A DNA stretch of 61,973 nt, counting the filler, from Candidatus Delongbacteria bacterium (GTDB taxonomy: Bacteria; UBA4055): NCBI GenBank assembly GCA_016937995.1. It is 3 parts of 3 records of this genome, joined end to end, with 100 filler letters (N's around TTAATTAATTAA, not from the genome) between each part and the next. Parts side by side here need not be neighbours in the genome. Positions count along the whole stretch, not along the records: positions 1 to 28,545 come from JAFGVM010000009.1; 2 more parts are not named here. One strand, given 5' to 3'. A program made the translations under genes and the position numbers. The notes under the pieces were generated by a model, which was not told the origin of the DNA, did not search any database, and saw nothing but the letters and a program-made list of their open reading frames with translations. Below, one piece after another: positions 1 to 8,635 of this stretch; position 1 is the stretch's first letter, and each line of letters opens with the position of its first letter.

Positions 1-112
1 ACGATCCATCATCACGGGGAAACCTGCTATACTGCTATAAATTTGAAAACTATCAGGGGTAAAAAATATGGATCGTCTTGATTTTTTGTTACTTTTTTAT
101 CAAGAAAAAAGT
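1..112 (-). repeat. Dispersed structured repeat, copy A (inverted relative to copy B at 28431-28545)
   Basis: Bases 1-87 are the exact reverse complement of 28459-28545. Internal stems are ACGATCCAT(1-9)/ATGGATCGT(68-76) and ACTTTTTT(91-98)/AAAAAAGT(105-112). Confidence 0.9.
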
Positions 113-140
113 TAAGAATCCTCGAATCTTTATAATGAAA

Positions 141-245
141 GACCCTGATCAAGTCAGAGAATGACAAAGGAAAAGATAGATTGCCACACACATTGTGTTC
201 GCAATGACCAACGTATCCGTAGGGGAAGGCTCCTATGTCTGCCCG
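141..245. repeat. Cluster of three REP-like palindromes (two GTCA-type on minus, one GTAG-type on plus)
   Basis: The reverse complement of 141-165 is GTCATTCTCTGACTTGATCAGGGTC. 178-208 AGATTGCCAC..CGCAATGAC resembles 3536-3572. 219-245 GTAGGGGAAGGC.. resembles 3412-3437. Confidence 0.7.
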
Positions 246-250
246 TGATC

Positions 251-1570
251 CTATTCCACAAAGTTTTTGTACAACGGTGCCAAATATAGTGGAAGTGAGA
301 TAAGGTCATAATCAGTAGTTATCTTTGAGGGCTGATCGGTATTAAATCTTAAAGCGGTTCTCAGCTTTTTTTCTTTCATATATATCTGAAGGGATCTAAG
401 AGTCCCGCTTTTACCGGCTTTGACTTCGATAGGAATTATCTTATTGGCAAATTCTGTCACAAAATCGAGTTCGGCATTTGAATTTTTCGCTTCTCTTGTC
501 CAATAGTATAGCTGTGTATCAAGGAAAAAAGGCTCAGTGGTCAGTAGTTGCTGACCGACAAACTGCTCGGCAAGACTACCTTCACTTATAGTAATAAGGT
601 CATTGATGTCAACAAGTCGTAATTTTAGAATATGATTCGCAAGACCGATATCGAGAAAAAGAGGTTTTATTATTTTATCATTTTTTCCCTGTTCAAGAGG
701 GACTCCACCGGATGATGTATTAGTGACAAGGTGAGCTATTCTACTCATCTGTAGTAGTTTTAGTGCAGTTTTTATCGCATCTGATCTTTTGTCCGGATCG
801 ATATTTACATATTTTATCTTTCTGGCAAGAGATGATGGGATGTATCTCAATATTGTAACAAGTATTTCCTGCTGAGTCTTAGTTCCGTACTTTGAAAAAT
901 CAAACTCAAGCGATCTCAATATACTTTCATGTATTCTTTCAACGGATATAATATCTTTTGTTTCAGAGTACTCACTGACTGCTTCAGGCATACCTCCGAT
1001 AAAATAATAAAGTCTGACCAACTTTAAGAGTTTTTCATGGATAGGAACACTTATCTTCATCCCAAGCTTATAATTATTCAGATAATCTACTAAACTTTCT
1101 TCATCCATTGCTGTCAGAAATTCAAAGAAATTTAAAGGGTACATATAGGCGAATTCCACTCTTCCTACGGGCATTGAATATTTAATGTCGTTTAGAACAT
1201 GGTCAAGAAGGGATCCAGCAGCGATCACATGAAGTCCGGGCATGTTTTCATAAAAATATCTTAATCCTACGATTGCTTCAGGGTACTGCTGTATTTCATC
1301 AATAAATAAGAGTGTTTCACCATTAACTATCTTTTTTCCAAAATATGCTGAGATATTCATTATAATATCTTCTGTGTCATTGGTCTTAAAAAAAGATTTA
1401 AATTCGGGTTTTTCTTCAAAATTAATTTTTATTACATCAGAGAAATGTTTTTTCCCGAATTCATCAATAGTATATGTTTTACCGATCTGTCTTGCACCTC
1501 TTACTATCAGAGGCTTTCTGCTCTTTCTATTTTTCCAATCTACAAGATATGACTCAAAATACCTTTTCAT
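251..1570 (-). CDS. AAA+ superfamily ATPase (AAA_14 plus DUF4143-type, C-terminal PD-(D/E)xK-like motif)
   Basis: Walker A GARQIGKT, Walker B LLFIDEIQ, GGMPE motif, and C-terminal ELDFV..IPIEVKAG. Confidence 0.9.
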   Translation of the reverse strand: MKRYFESYLVDWKNRKSRKPLIVRGARQIGKTYTIDEFGKKHFSDVIKINFEEKPEFKSFFKTNDTEDIIMNISAYFGKKIVNGETLLFIDEIQQYPEAIVGLRYFYENMPGLHVIAAGSLLDHVLNDIKYSMPVGRVEFAYMYPLNFFEFLTAMDEESLVDYLNNYKLGMKISVPIHEKLLKLVRLYYFIGGMPEAVSEYSETKDIISVERIHESILRSLEFDFSKYGTKTQQEILVTILRYIPSSLARKIKYVNIDPDKRSDAIKTALKLLQMSRIAHLVTNTSSGGVPLEQGKNDKIIKPLFLDIGLANHILKLRLVDINDLITISEGSLAEQFVGQQLLTTEPFFLDTQLYYWTREAKNSNAELDFVTEFANKIIPIEVKAGKSGTLRSLQIYMKEKKLRTALRFNTDQPSKITTDYDLISLPLYLAPLYKNFVE

Positions 1571-1644
1571 AAGTTTCTCCTGCTATTATAGCTAAAAGGT
1601 ACAAACACAATTGGATAATAGCAAGTATTATGATAAAATACCAT

Positions 1645-1677
1645 TGGATTTCTCCCGATTCATTGGGAAGAATGACA
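1645..1677 (-). repeat. REP-like palindrome (TGTCA type)
   Basis: Reverse complement is TGTCATTCTTCCCAATGAATCGGGAGAAATCCA, the same TGTCAT..hairpin..ATCCA layout as 23224, 24814 and 28364. Confidence 0.55.
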
Positions 1678-1831
1678 AATTGAAATCTTTCTCCTTCATG
1701 ATCGGCAAATTAAAGATAACTGAACACTAACCGCAATTACAATACTTTTAATAGTTAAAGATCAAACCATAATAGTATTTTAAACATTCCGGAAAATACA
1801 TGACAGCCTTAAAATTTCAATAAATAATTAT

Positions 1832-1847
1832 TGGCATGTTTATTGCT
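1832..1847 (+). promoter_or_regulatory. Sigma-54 (RpoN) -24/-12 promoter
   Basis: TGGCATGTTTATTGCT has GG at 1833-1834 and GC at 1845-1846 with the canonical 10-nt spacing, matching TGGCA-N7-TGCW. Confidence 0.7.
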
Positions 1848-1875
1848 TTAAGAAAATCCGTAACAAACTACAATA

Positions 1876-1925
1876 AGAAGGAGTCTGTTATATCTCTCCT
1901 CCAAAGACATTCACAGACTCCCTCT
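1876..1925 (+). ncRNA. Candidate sRNA or leader hairpin presenting CUCCUCC in its loop
   Basis: Stem AGAAGGAGTCTGT(1876-1888)/ACAGACTCCCTCT(1913-1925) with one mismatch. The enclosed region contains CTCTCCTCC and lies about 20 nt after the predicted sigma-54 start. Confidence 0.35.
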
Positions 1926-1968
1926 CCTCTTAAATAAAAGGAATCAGGATATAAATAAGGAATAAGAC

Positions 1969-2151
1969 ATGAAAGAGATTTTAAAAGATGAGAACAATGG
2001 GTACTGCCTCCAGCCAAGATCGGTTTCCTCCGACTGTAATCTGGTCAAACCGACTTATGAAATGATAGTAAAGAAAAAATACAAAAAAGTACCAAGAATC
2101 ATTCCTACATTAGAAGAAAGCATAAAAATGGAATTGATCTTAAATAGCTAA
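1969..2151 (+). CDS. Hypothetical small protein (60 aa)
   Basis: ATG preceded by TAAGGA, downstream of the sigma-54 promoter. No recognisable domain. Confidence 0.45.
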   Translation: MKEILKDENNGYCLQPRSVSSDCNLVKPTYEMIVKKKYKKVPRIIPTLEESIKMELILNS

Positions 2152-2365
2152 GGTAGTGATAATTTGCGGATATTTTGACTTACCTGACGAGAGTGAATTA
2201 TTACTGTCATTGTAAAAACGTTTATTGCATCTGATCACAGTCCGAAGGTATTCGTAATGATCTGATATCAGAGAATAAATCAAAAAAAAATAAAATGCAT
2301 ATCCCGATAAAAGTTGTTATATTATCGAAGTTATTTTACTATAAATAAATATTACCAGGGATATC

Positions 2366-3397
2366 ATGAAGAAAATAAAGTTCGCTTTAGTCGGTTGTGG
2401 AAGAATTTCAAAGAATCATTTTAAAGCAATAGAAGAAATTAATGAAGCTGAAATAGTTGCGTGTTGTGATAAAATAGAGGAAAGAGCAGTATCTTCTGCA
2501 AAAGAATATAATATTGAAAGGCATTATACGAATTATAATGATATGCTGGAAGAAGGCGGATTCGATGCTGTGATGATCTGTACTCCAAGCGGATTGCATC
2601 CTGAAATGGGAATACAGGCCGCGAACAAAGGAATTCATGTTGTTACCGAAAAACCAATGGCTATCAGTCTGGAAACTGCTGATGAATTAGTTCAGGCATG
2701 CGATAAGAACAATGTCCATCTTTTCGTAGTAAAACAGAACAGACTGAACACAACAATGCAACTTCTAAAAAAAGCCATAGATAAAGGAAGATTCGGCAGA
2801 ATATTTTTAGTTCAGTCAAATGTAATGTGGCAGAGACCTCAATCATACTATGATCTTGCAAAATGGAGAGGTACATGGGAATTTGACGGCGGGGCTTTCA
2901 TGAACCAGGCAAGTCACTATGTTGATTCTCTGTACTGGATGATAGGAGAAGTGGAATCGGTTATGGCTGAAACAGCTACTCTGGAAAGAAAGATCGAAGC
3001 TGAAGACACCGGAAGTGCAATTTTAAAATTCCGTAACGGAGCTATTGGAACAATAAATGTAACAATGCTGACATACCCGAAGAACTTTGAGGGTTCTATT
3101 ACTATCCTGGGAGAAAAAGGAACAGTGAAAGTAGGTGGTATTGCAATAAATAAGATCGAAAAGTGGGAATTTGCAGTATATGATGATGATGACAGACTTA
3201 TAGAGGAATCAAATTACGAACCAAAGAATGTTTACGGATTCGGGCATTTACCTTATTATATTAATGTAGTCGATACATTACTGGGAAAGACCGAACCTGA
3301 AACAGATGGAAGATGCGGAAGAAAATCATTAGAGATAATTAAAGCGATATACGAAAGCGCAAGATTGGGTAAGAAGATATCGTTGCCGTTAAAGTAG
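2366..3397 (+). CDS. Gfo/Idh/MocA oxidoreductase, WbpB/WlbA-like UDP-GlcNAcA 3-dehydrogenase
   Basis: Motifs ALVGCGRI, EKPMA, WRGTWEFDGG..NQASHYVD and NVYGFGH. First gene of the sugar-nucleotide cluster. Confidence 0.85.
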   Translation: MKKIKFALVGCGRISKNHFKAIEEINEAEIVACCDKIEERAVSSAKEYNIERHYTNYNDMLEEGGFDAVMICTPSGLHPEMGIQAANKGIHVVTEKPMAISLETADELVQACDKNNVHLFVVKQNRLNTTMQLLKKAIDKGRFGRIFLVQSNVMWQRPQSYYDLAKWRGTWEFDGGAFMNQASHYVDSLYWMIGEVESVMAETATLERKIEAEDTGSAILKFRNGAIGTINVTMLTYPKNFEGSITILGEKGTVKVGGIAINKIEKWEFAVYDDDDRLIEESNYEPKNVYGFGHLPYYINVVDTLLGKTEPETDGRCGRKSLEIIKAIYESARLGKKISLPLK

Positions 3398-3411
3398 TAA
3401 ATTCGTGGTCC

Positions 3412-3572
3412 GTAGGGGAAGGCTTCCACGCCTTCCCACTGCGAAATCGTCACCCTGATCCCGATTGATCGGGACAGGGTCAAATGATTAAAAGAAAGAT
3501 GCTGAATTAAATTCAGCATGACGGAACAAAAAATAAGATTGCCACGGATTGTATGCAATCCTCGCAATTACA
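3412..3572. repeat. BIME-like cluster of four REP-like palindromes
   Basis: GTAGGGGAAGGC-ttccac-GCCTTCCC (3412-3437); CGTCACCCTG..CAGGGTC (3448-3481); AGATGCTGAATTAAATTCAGCATGACG (3497-3523, near-identical to the reverse complement of 36377-36402); AGATTGCCAC..CTCGCAATTAC (3536-3572). Confidence 0.8.
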
Positions 3573-3582
3573 ATGAGAGATT

Positions 3583-4722
3583 ATGAAAGAAGAAAATAAA
3601 AGAATATGGCTTGCTTCTCCCAATATGGGAGGTAAAGAGCTGGATTATATAAATGAGGCATTCGAAACGAACTGGGTAGCTCCGGTAGGACCTCACATTG
3701 ACGGTTTTGAAAAAGAAATGTGTGATTATCTCGGTATTAATAACTCAGTTGCTCTAAGCTGCGGTACCGCAGCTATACATTTGGCATTGATTTTAATCGG
3801 AGTTAAGACCGGTGATGAAGTTCTCTGTCAATCTTTCACATTCTCAGCAACAGCAAATCCGATAATTTATCAACATGCAGATCCGATCTTTATAGACAGT
3901 GAAAAAGATTCATGGAATATGGATCCTGAGCTTTTGGAAAAAGCTATTAATGACAGGATAAATAAAGTAGGCACCCACCCAAAAGCTGTTATTGTGGTTC
4001 ATCTATACGGTCAATCTGCACAAATAGCTAAAATTCAAGAGATCTGTAATAAATATAAAATACCTTTAATTGAAGATGCGGCCGAAGCGCTGGGAAGTTC
4101 GTATGAAGGAAAAAAACTGGGAACTTTTGGAGATATTGGAATATTATCTTTTAACGGTAATAAAATAATAACCACTTCAAGTGGCGGAATGCTTATCTCA
4201 AATAATGAAAGTTATGTTTCAAAAGCAAGATTTTTAGCTACTCAGGCAAGGGATGATGCACCCCATTATGAGCATAGTCATGTCGGATTCAACTATAGAA
4301 TGAGTAATATACTTGCCGGTATCGGAAGAGGACAACTTCTGGTTTTGGATAAAAGGGTCGAACAGAAAAGAAAAATATTTAAGCATTATTCGGATGCTTT
4401 TGAAAATATTGATGGTATTGAATTTCAACCTGAGATAAAAGGTTCCTTCAGCAATAAATGGCTAACAGCCATTACGATCGACCCTGAAAAAACAAATATT
4501 ACTAGGGAAGACATCAGACTGGAATTGCAAAAGCATAACATTGAATCAAGACCGTTATGGAAGCCGATGCATTTACAGCCGGTGTTTAAGGACTGTATCA
4601 GCTATACGAATGGAGTCTCTGAAGAGCTGTTTAAAAATGGATTGTGCCTGCCTTCGGATACGAATATGACAGAAGCAGATCAGGAAAGGGTTATTGAAAT
4701 TATAAAAAAAATAACCGGATAG
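3583..4722 (+). CDS. DegT/DnrJ/EryC1/StrS PLP aminotransferase, PglE/EpsN-like
   Basis: Motifs IEDAAEALG, SFNGNKIITTSSGG (PLP lysine) and ESRPLWKPMHLQP. Confidence 0.9.
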   Translation: MKEENKRIWLASPNMGGKELDYINEAFETNWVAPVGPHIDGFEKEMCDYLGINNSVALSCGTAAIHLALILIGVKTGDEVLCQSFTFSATANPIIYQHADPIFIDSEKDSWNMDPELLEKAINDRINKVGTHPKAVIVVHLYGQSAQIAKIQEICNKYKIPLIEDAAEALGSSYEGKKLGTFGDIGILSFNGNKIITTSSGGMLISNNESYVSKARFLATQARDDAPHYEHSHVGFNYRMSNILAGIGRGQLLVLDKRVEQKRKIFKHYSDAFENIDGIEFQPEIKGSFSNKWLTAITIDPEKTNITREDIRLELQKHNIESRPLWKPMHLQPVFKDCISYTNGVSEELFKNGLCLPSDTNMTEADQERVIEIIKKITG

Positions 4723-4727
4723 TATAA

Positions 4728-6494
4728 ATGATAAGCCGATTAAAATTTCTGGATAAAAAGATACTGGGAGTGTTCGCAATAATCCTCATAACTATTTTCA
4801 GTTATGTGTTTGCTGCCACTTTAATGAACGCAGAACCAAGATTTGATCAGTTACTTATTATAATGCTGTCCAGGATATTTTTGTCATTTACAGTCAGAAA
4901 AGATTATAAGCTTTCATGGTCGCTGGCATCAACAAGATCAGGCATGAAAAAAATATTACTGGGAGTGTTCGCATTTGGTCTTTACAGCCCTGTATTTATG
5001 TATAAGTTCACAGATGATAAATTCATACTGAACCTATTGATAATTGAACTCATTATATTTTTATTTTCCCAAAACAGTGTCATGTTCGGTTATAAATATT
5101 TAGCATCAAAGCCCAATTTTAAGAAAAATAAAGGCGTAGTGATCTACGGTGCCGGGAAAGCAGGAATAAAATTGCTGCTGGAATTTTCGGATACTGAGTA
5201 TGGTATCAAATATTTTATAGATGATAATATCAAACTTCAGCAGAGAACCATTGACGGGGTTGAGATCGTATCAAAGAAAAAGCTTATAGAAATGCTGTCG
5301 GTCTCAAGTAAAAAGGTCGATCTACTTGTCATAGCAATGCCCTCACTTGAAAATAATAATGTGATAAAAAATATTCATGCTGAATTGAGTCCTTATTTTT
5401 ACGATATAAAGATACTTCCGTCAATTGATACAATTTTACAGGATAAAAGTTTTTTTAATCAGTTAAGGCAGATCGATGTTAAAGACCTCCTTGCAAGACA
5501 CCCTAAAGATCTTGATGAAAGAAAGATAATATCATTTATAAGGGACAAGGTGGTATTGGTTACCGGAGCCGGAGGAAGTATAGGAAGTGAGATATGCCGG
5601 CAATGCTGTCATTATAAAGCAAAACAGATCATATTGCTTGATCATTCAGAATTTAATTTATACAGTATTAATGAAGAGCTTGAAAAATTCAATGTTGTTC
5701 CTGTTCTGCAAACAGTTCTGGATGTTGATAATCTTGAAAGTACATTCGCAAAATATAAGCCTGAGATCGTGATCCACGCAGCAGCTTATAAACATGTTCC
5801 AATGGTAGAGTATAACGTAAAAGAAAGTATACGTAATAACGTTCTCGGAACTAAAAACTGTATCGATCTGGCAATAAAGCACAAAGTGAATAAATTCGTA
5901 CTTATATCTACAGATAAGGCAGTAAGACCTACGAATGTCATGGGAGCTACCAAAAGAGTAAGTGAATTATATGCACAGAATTCCAATCATAACGGAACGA
6001 TAATTTGTGCTGTAAGATTTGGTAATGTACTGGGATCTTCAGGTTCAGTAATACCAAAATTCACAAAACAGATAGAAAAAGGCGGCCCTATCACAATAAC
6101 CGATCCAGAAGTAACAAGATATTTTATGTTGATACCGGAAGCGTGTCAGCTCGTACTTCAGGCTGCATCAATCGGTAGAAGCGGAGAAATAATGATACTT
6201 GATATGGGAGAACCAATTAAGATCGTTGAACTGGCTAAAAATATGATAAAATTATCAGGACGTCATAATATAGAAATAGAATTTACTGGAATGAGACCGG
6301 GCGAGAAGCTATACGAAGAGCTATTGATAAATGAGAGTGATAAAAAGACCGAGTTCGATTCAATAACGATCGCAAAAGCGACTCAATGCGATATTAACCA
6401 ACTTCGGGATTCTATCTATGATCTGTTAGACTCCGAAGATCAGATAGCAAAACTGAAGATGATAGTACCTGAATTCAACCACAATGAAGCTTAG
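4728..6494 (+). CDS. pglF: Membrane-anchored UDP-GlcNAc 4,6-dehydratase (PglF/CapD family)
   Basis: N-terminal TM helices, GAGKAG, DLLARHPKDLD, TGAGGSIGSE, HAAAYKHVP, STDKAVRPTNVMGATKR and RFGNVLGSSGSV. Confidence 0.9.
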   Translation: MISRLKFLDKKILGVFAIILITIFSYVFAATLMNAEPRFDQLLIIMLSRIFLSFTVRKDYKLSWSLASTRSGMKKILLGVFAFGLYSPVFMYKFTDDKFILNLLIIELIIFLFSQNSVMFGYKYLASKPNFKKNKGVVIYGAGKAGIKLLLEFSDTEYGIKYFIDDNIKLQQRTIDGVEIVSKKKLIEMLSVSSKKVDLLVIAMPSLENNNVIKNIHAELSPYFYDIKILPSIDTILQDKSFFNQLRQIDVKDLLARHPKDLDERKIISFIRDKVVLVTGAGGSIGSEICRQCCHYKAKQIILLDHSEFNLYSINEELEKFNVVPVLQTVLDVDNLESTFAKYKPEIVIHAAAYKHVPMVEYNVKESIRNNVLGTKNCIDLAIKHKVNKFVLISTDKAVRPTNVMGATKRVSELYAQNSNHNGTIICAVRFGNVLGSSGSVIPKFTKQIEKGGPITITDPEVTRYFMLIPEACQLVLQAASIGRSGEIMILDMGEPIKIVELAKNMIKLSGRHNIEIEFTGMRPGEKLYEELLINESDKKTEFDSITIAKATQCDINQLRDSIYDLLDSEDQIAKLKMIVPEFNHNEA

Positions 6495-6630
6495 ATCCAC
6501 CACAATTCGATCAGAACATTTTTTTTAACAAATACAACAATATTTTCCTGTTGCTAAATATAGCTGATATTATTATTTTTACGTGTTAATAACATATAAT
6601 TTCTTGGTGTTTGGGGGAGAGAAATAGGAA

Positions 6631-8055
6631 ATGTTCAGTTTCTTAAGGAAAATATTACCGATCCATAAGATCGTTTTTATCTTACATGATATCTTTGTCA
6701 TATCAACAACTTTATATCTGAGCCTGTTACTTCAGGTAGATGATGTATACGAGACATCCCCAGACTTTATCTATGGGTTTTCTTTCCTGATGCTCAGTAT
6801 GATAGTGATATTCAAATATAACATGCTTTATAAATATCAGTCTTTCCTGAGCGCTTCAAGACACATTGTGCTTATCGTGAAATCGCTTTTGTTAAGCATG
6901 ACATTAGTTGTATATTTCGCATTTTTCTTTAAATTTTCTGATCTGATCAGCGAAAGGATAATGATCTTTACGACTTATATTATTTTATTTTTTGTTCTTG
7001 TTGTAACGCGGATCATTCTGATACCTAACATTTACTACTGGCTTGTAAGAAAAGGTAAGATCAGGGTCAATTTACTCATATTAGGTGCCGGTAAGGAGAT
7101 CAATCAGAAAGTTTCAGATCTTACTAATTCAAGAGCAAATTATTACAAAATAGTTGGATTCTTAGACGATGATGAATCCAAACAGGGAAAAACTTTTTCA
7201 GATATTCCGGTACTCGGCAAGATATCTGACCTTAAGGATATAGTTAAAGAATACAGTGTTAACGACGTCTTTATTGCAATCAAGACAATGAATGAGGAAA
7301 AATTACAATCAATTATTGACACATGTAAGAGCATCAATAAAACAGTACATGTTGACTCGGTCCTTTATGATATAGTGAAAGAGCGGCTGACCGTTGAGGA
7401 AATTTCCGCTACCACAGCTTTTCGTGTTGTCCCATCGAAAGTACGAAACTACTATACTACTGCAAAAAGACTGATAGATATATTTGTCAGTTTACTTCTG
7501 ATCATTGTTTTTTCACCTGTCTGGCTATTGCTGTTTTCATTGGTCAAATTAACTTCAAAAGGTCCGGGATTTTACAAAGCAAGAGTGGTTGGTCTGGACC
7601 AGAAAGAATTTTATATGCTTAAGTTCAGATCCATGTACCATCAGACAAGCAAAGATATACACATTGACAAAGTTAAAAATATGATCAGTAACAATGAGGC
7701 TACAACTAAGCTTAAAGATGATCCTAGGATAACTCCACTTGGGAAATTTTATAGAAAGTATTCTCTGGATGAGTTTCCACAACTTTGGAACGTTTTAAAA
7801 GGTGAAATGAGCCTGGTGGGACCACGGCCTAACGTACCTTATGAACTCGAACATATGAAAGAATGGCAGAAGAAAAGATTTGATGTACTGCCGGGGATGA
7901 CCGGTCTGTGGCAGATAAAGGGCAGGGATGAAGTTAAATTCAGTGATCAGATAGTTCTGGATTTCTTTTACATTGAGAACAGGTCATTAATGCTGGATTT
8001 TGAGATATTATTAAAAACTATTCCTGTTATGATATTCGGGAAAGGCGGTAAATAA
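6631..8055 (+). CDS. Polyprenyl-phosphate sugar-1-phosphate (initiating) transferase, WcaJ/WbaP-like
   Basis: TM N-terminus, CoA-binding-like middle domain, and KFRSM, DDPRITPLG..LDEFPQLWNVLKGEMSLVGPRP and PGMTGLWQ motifs. Confidence 0.9.
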   Translation: MFSFLRKILPIHKIVFILHDIFVISTTLYLSLLLQVDDVYETSPDFIYGFSFLMLSMIVIFKYNMLYKYQSFLSASRHIVLIVKSLLLSMTLVVYFAFFFKFSDLISERIMIFTTYIILFFVLVVTRIILIPNIYYWLVRKGKIRVNLLILGAGKEINQKVSDLTNSRANYYKIVGFLDDDESKQGKTFSDIPVLGKISDLKDIVKEYSVNDVFIAIKTMNEEKLQSIIDTCKSINKTVHVDSVLYDIVKERLTVEEISATTAFRVVPSKVRNYYTTAKRLIDIFVSLLLIIVFSPVWLLLFSLVKLTSKGPGFYKARVVGLDQKEFYMLKFRSMYHQTSKDIHIDKVKNMISNNEATTKLKDDPRITPLGKFYRKYSLDEFPQLWNVLKGEMSLVGPRPNVPYELEHMKEWQKKRFDVLPGMTGLWQIKGRDEVKFSDQIVLDFFYIENRSLMLDFEILLKTIPVMIFGKGGK

Positions 8056-8619
8056 ATGAATTTTTATCATGATAAGGCAATAGTTGAATCAGTAACGATC
8101 GGCCGGGATACGAGAGTATGGGCATTCAGTCATATTATGAAAGGTGCTGTTATCGGGGAAGAGTGTAATATCGGGGAGCATTGTTTTATAGAATCAGAAG
8201 TTATTCTTGGAGACCGTGTCACTGTCAAGAACGGTATCTCAATATGGAATGGCATAGAAATAGGGAATGATGTTTTTCTTGGACCTCACATGGTCTTTAC
8301 AAACGATCTGTTACCAAGGTCAAAAAATCACAATTTCAAACTGAAAAGAACTTATGTTAGAGAAGGTGCTTCGATCGGAGCAAATGTAACTTTATTATGC
8401 GGAATTTCAATCGGAAAATATTCAATGATAGGAGCAGGTTCAGTAGTGACAAAAGATGTTGCAGATTTTTCTTTGGTGTACGGGAATCCCGCAAGGCACA
8501 GTGGTTTTATATGTAAGTGCGGTGAAAAGTTAAATTTTAATGAAAATAAAACTGAATGTAAATGCGGAATCTCTTTTTCACTGAAAGATGAGAACGTCTA
8601 TATTAAAAATGAAAATTAA
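8056..8619 (+). CDS. Hexapeptide-repeat sugar N-acetyltransferase (WbpD/WlbB-like)
   Basis: Left-handed beta-helix repeats, GPHMVFTND..PRS, GAGSVVTKDV, and a C-terminal CxCG..CxCG ribbon. Confidence 0.85.
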   Translation: MNFYHDKAIVESVTIGRDTRVWAFSHIMKGAVIGEECNIGEHCFIESEVILGDRVTVKNGISIWNGIEIGNDVFLGPHMVFTNDLLPRSKNHNFKLKRTYVREGASIGANVTLLCGISIGKYSMIGAGSVVTKDVADFSLVYGNPARHSGFICKCGEKLNFNENKTECKCGISFSLKDENVYIKNEN

Positions 8620-8635
8620 AAAATAAGGATATAAA

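Noticed and set aside
2184..2225. CTGACGA resembling a hammerhead ribozyme core
   Set aside because: No correctly placed GAAA after a stem II and no stem I/III arrangement.
3256..3567. 103-aa minus-strand ORF, and similarly 24692-24913 and 36185-36451
   Set aside because: They run through REP palindromes or antisense to real genes. The shared VMLNL.QHL peptide is simply the translated repeat.
3412..3572. Possible CRISPR array from regularly spaced palindromes
   Set aside because: The units differ from one another, there are no identical direct repeats with unique spacers, and no cas genes are present.
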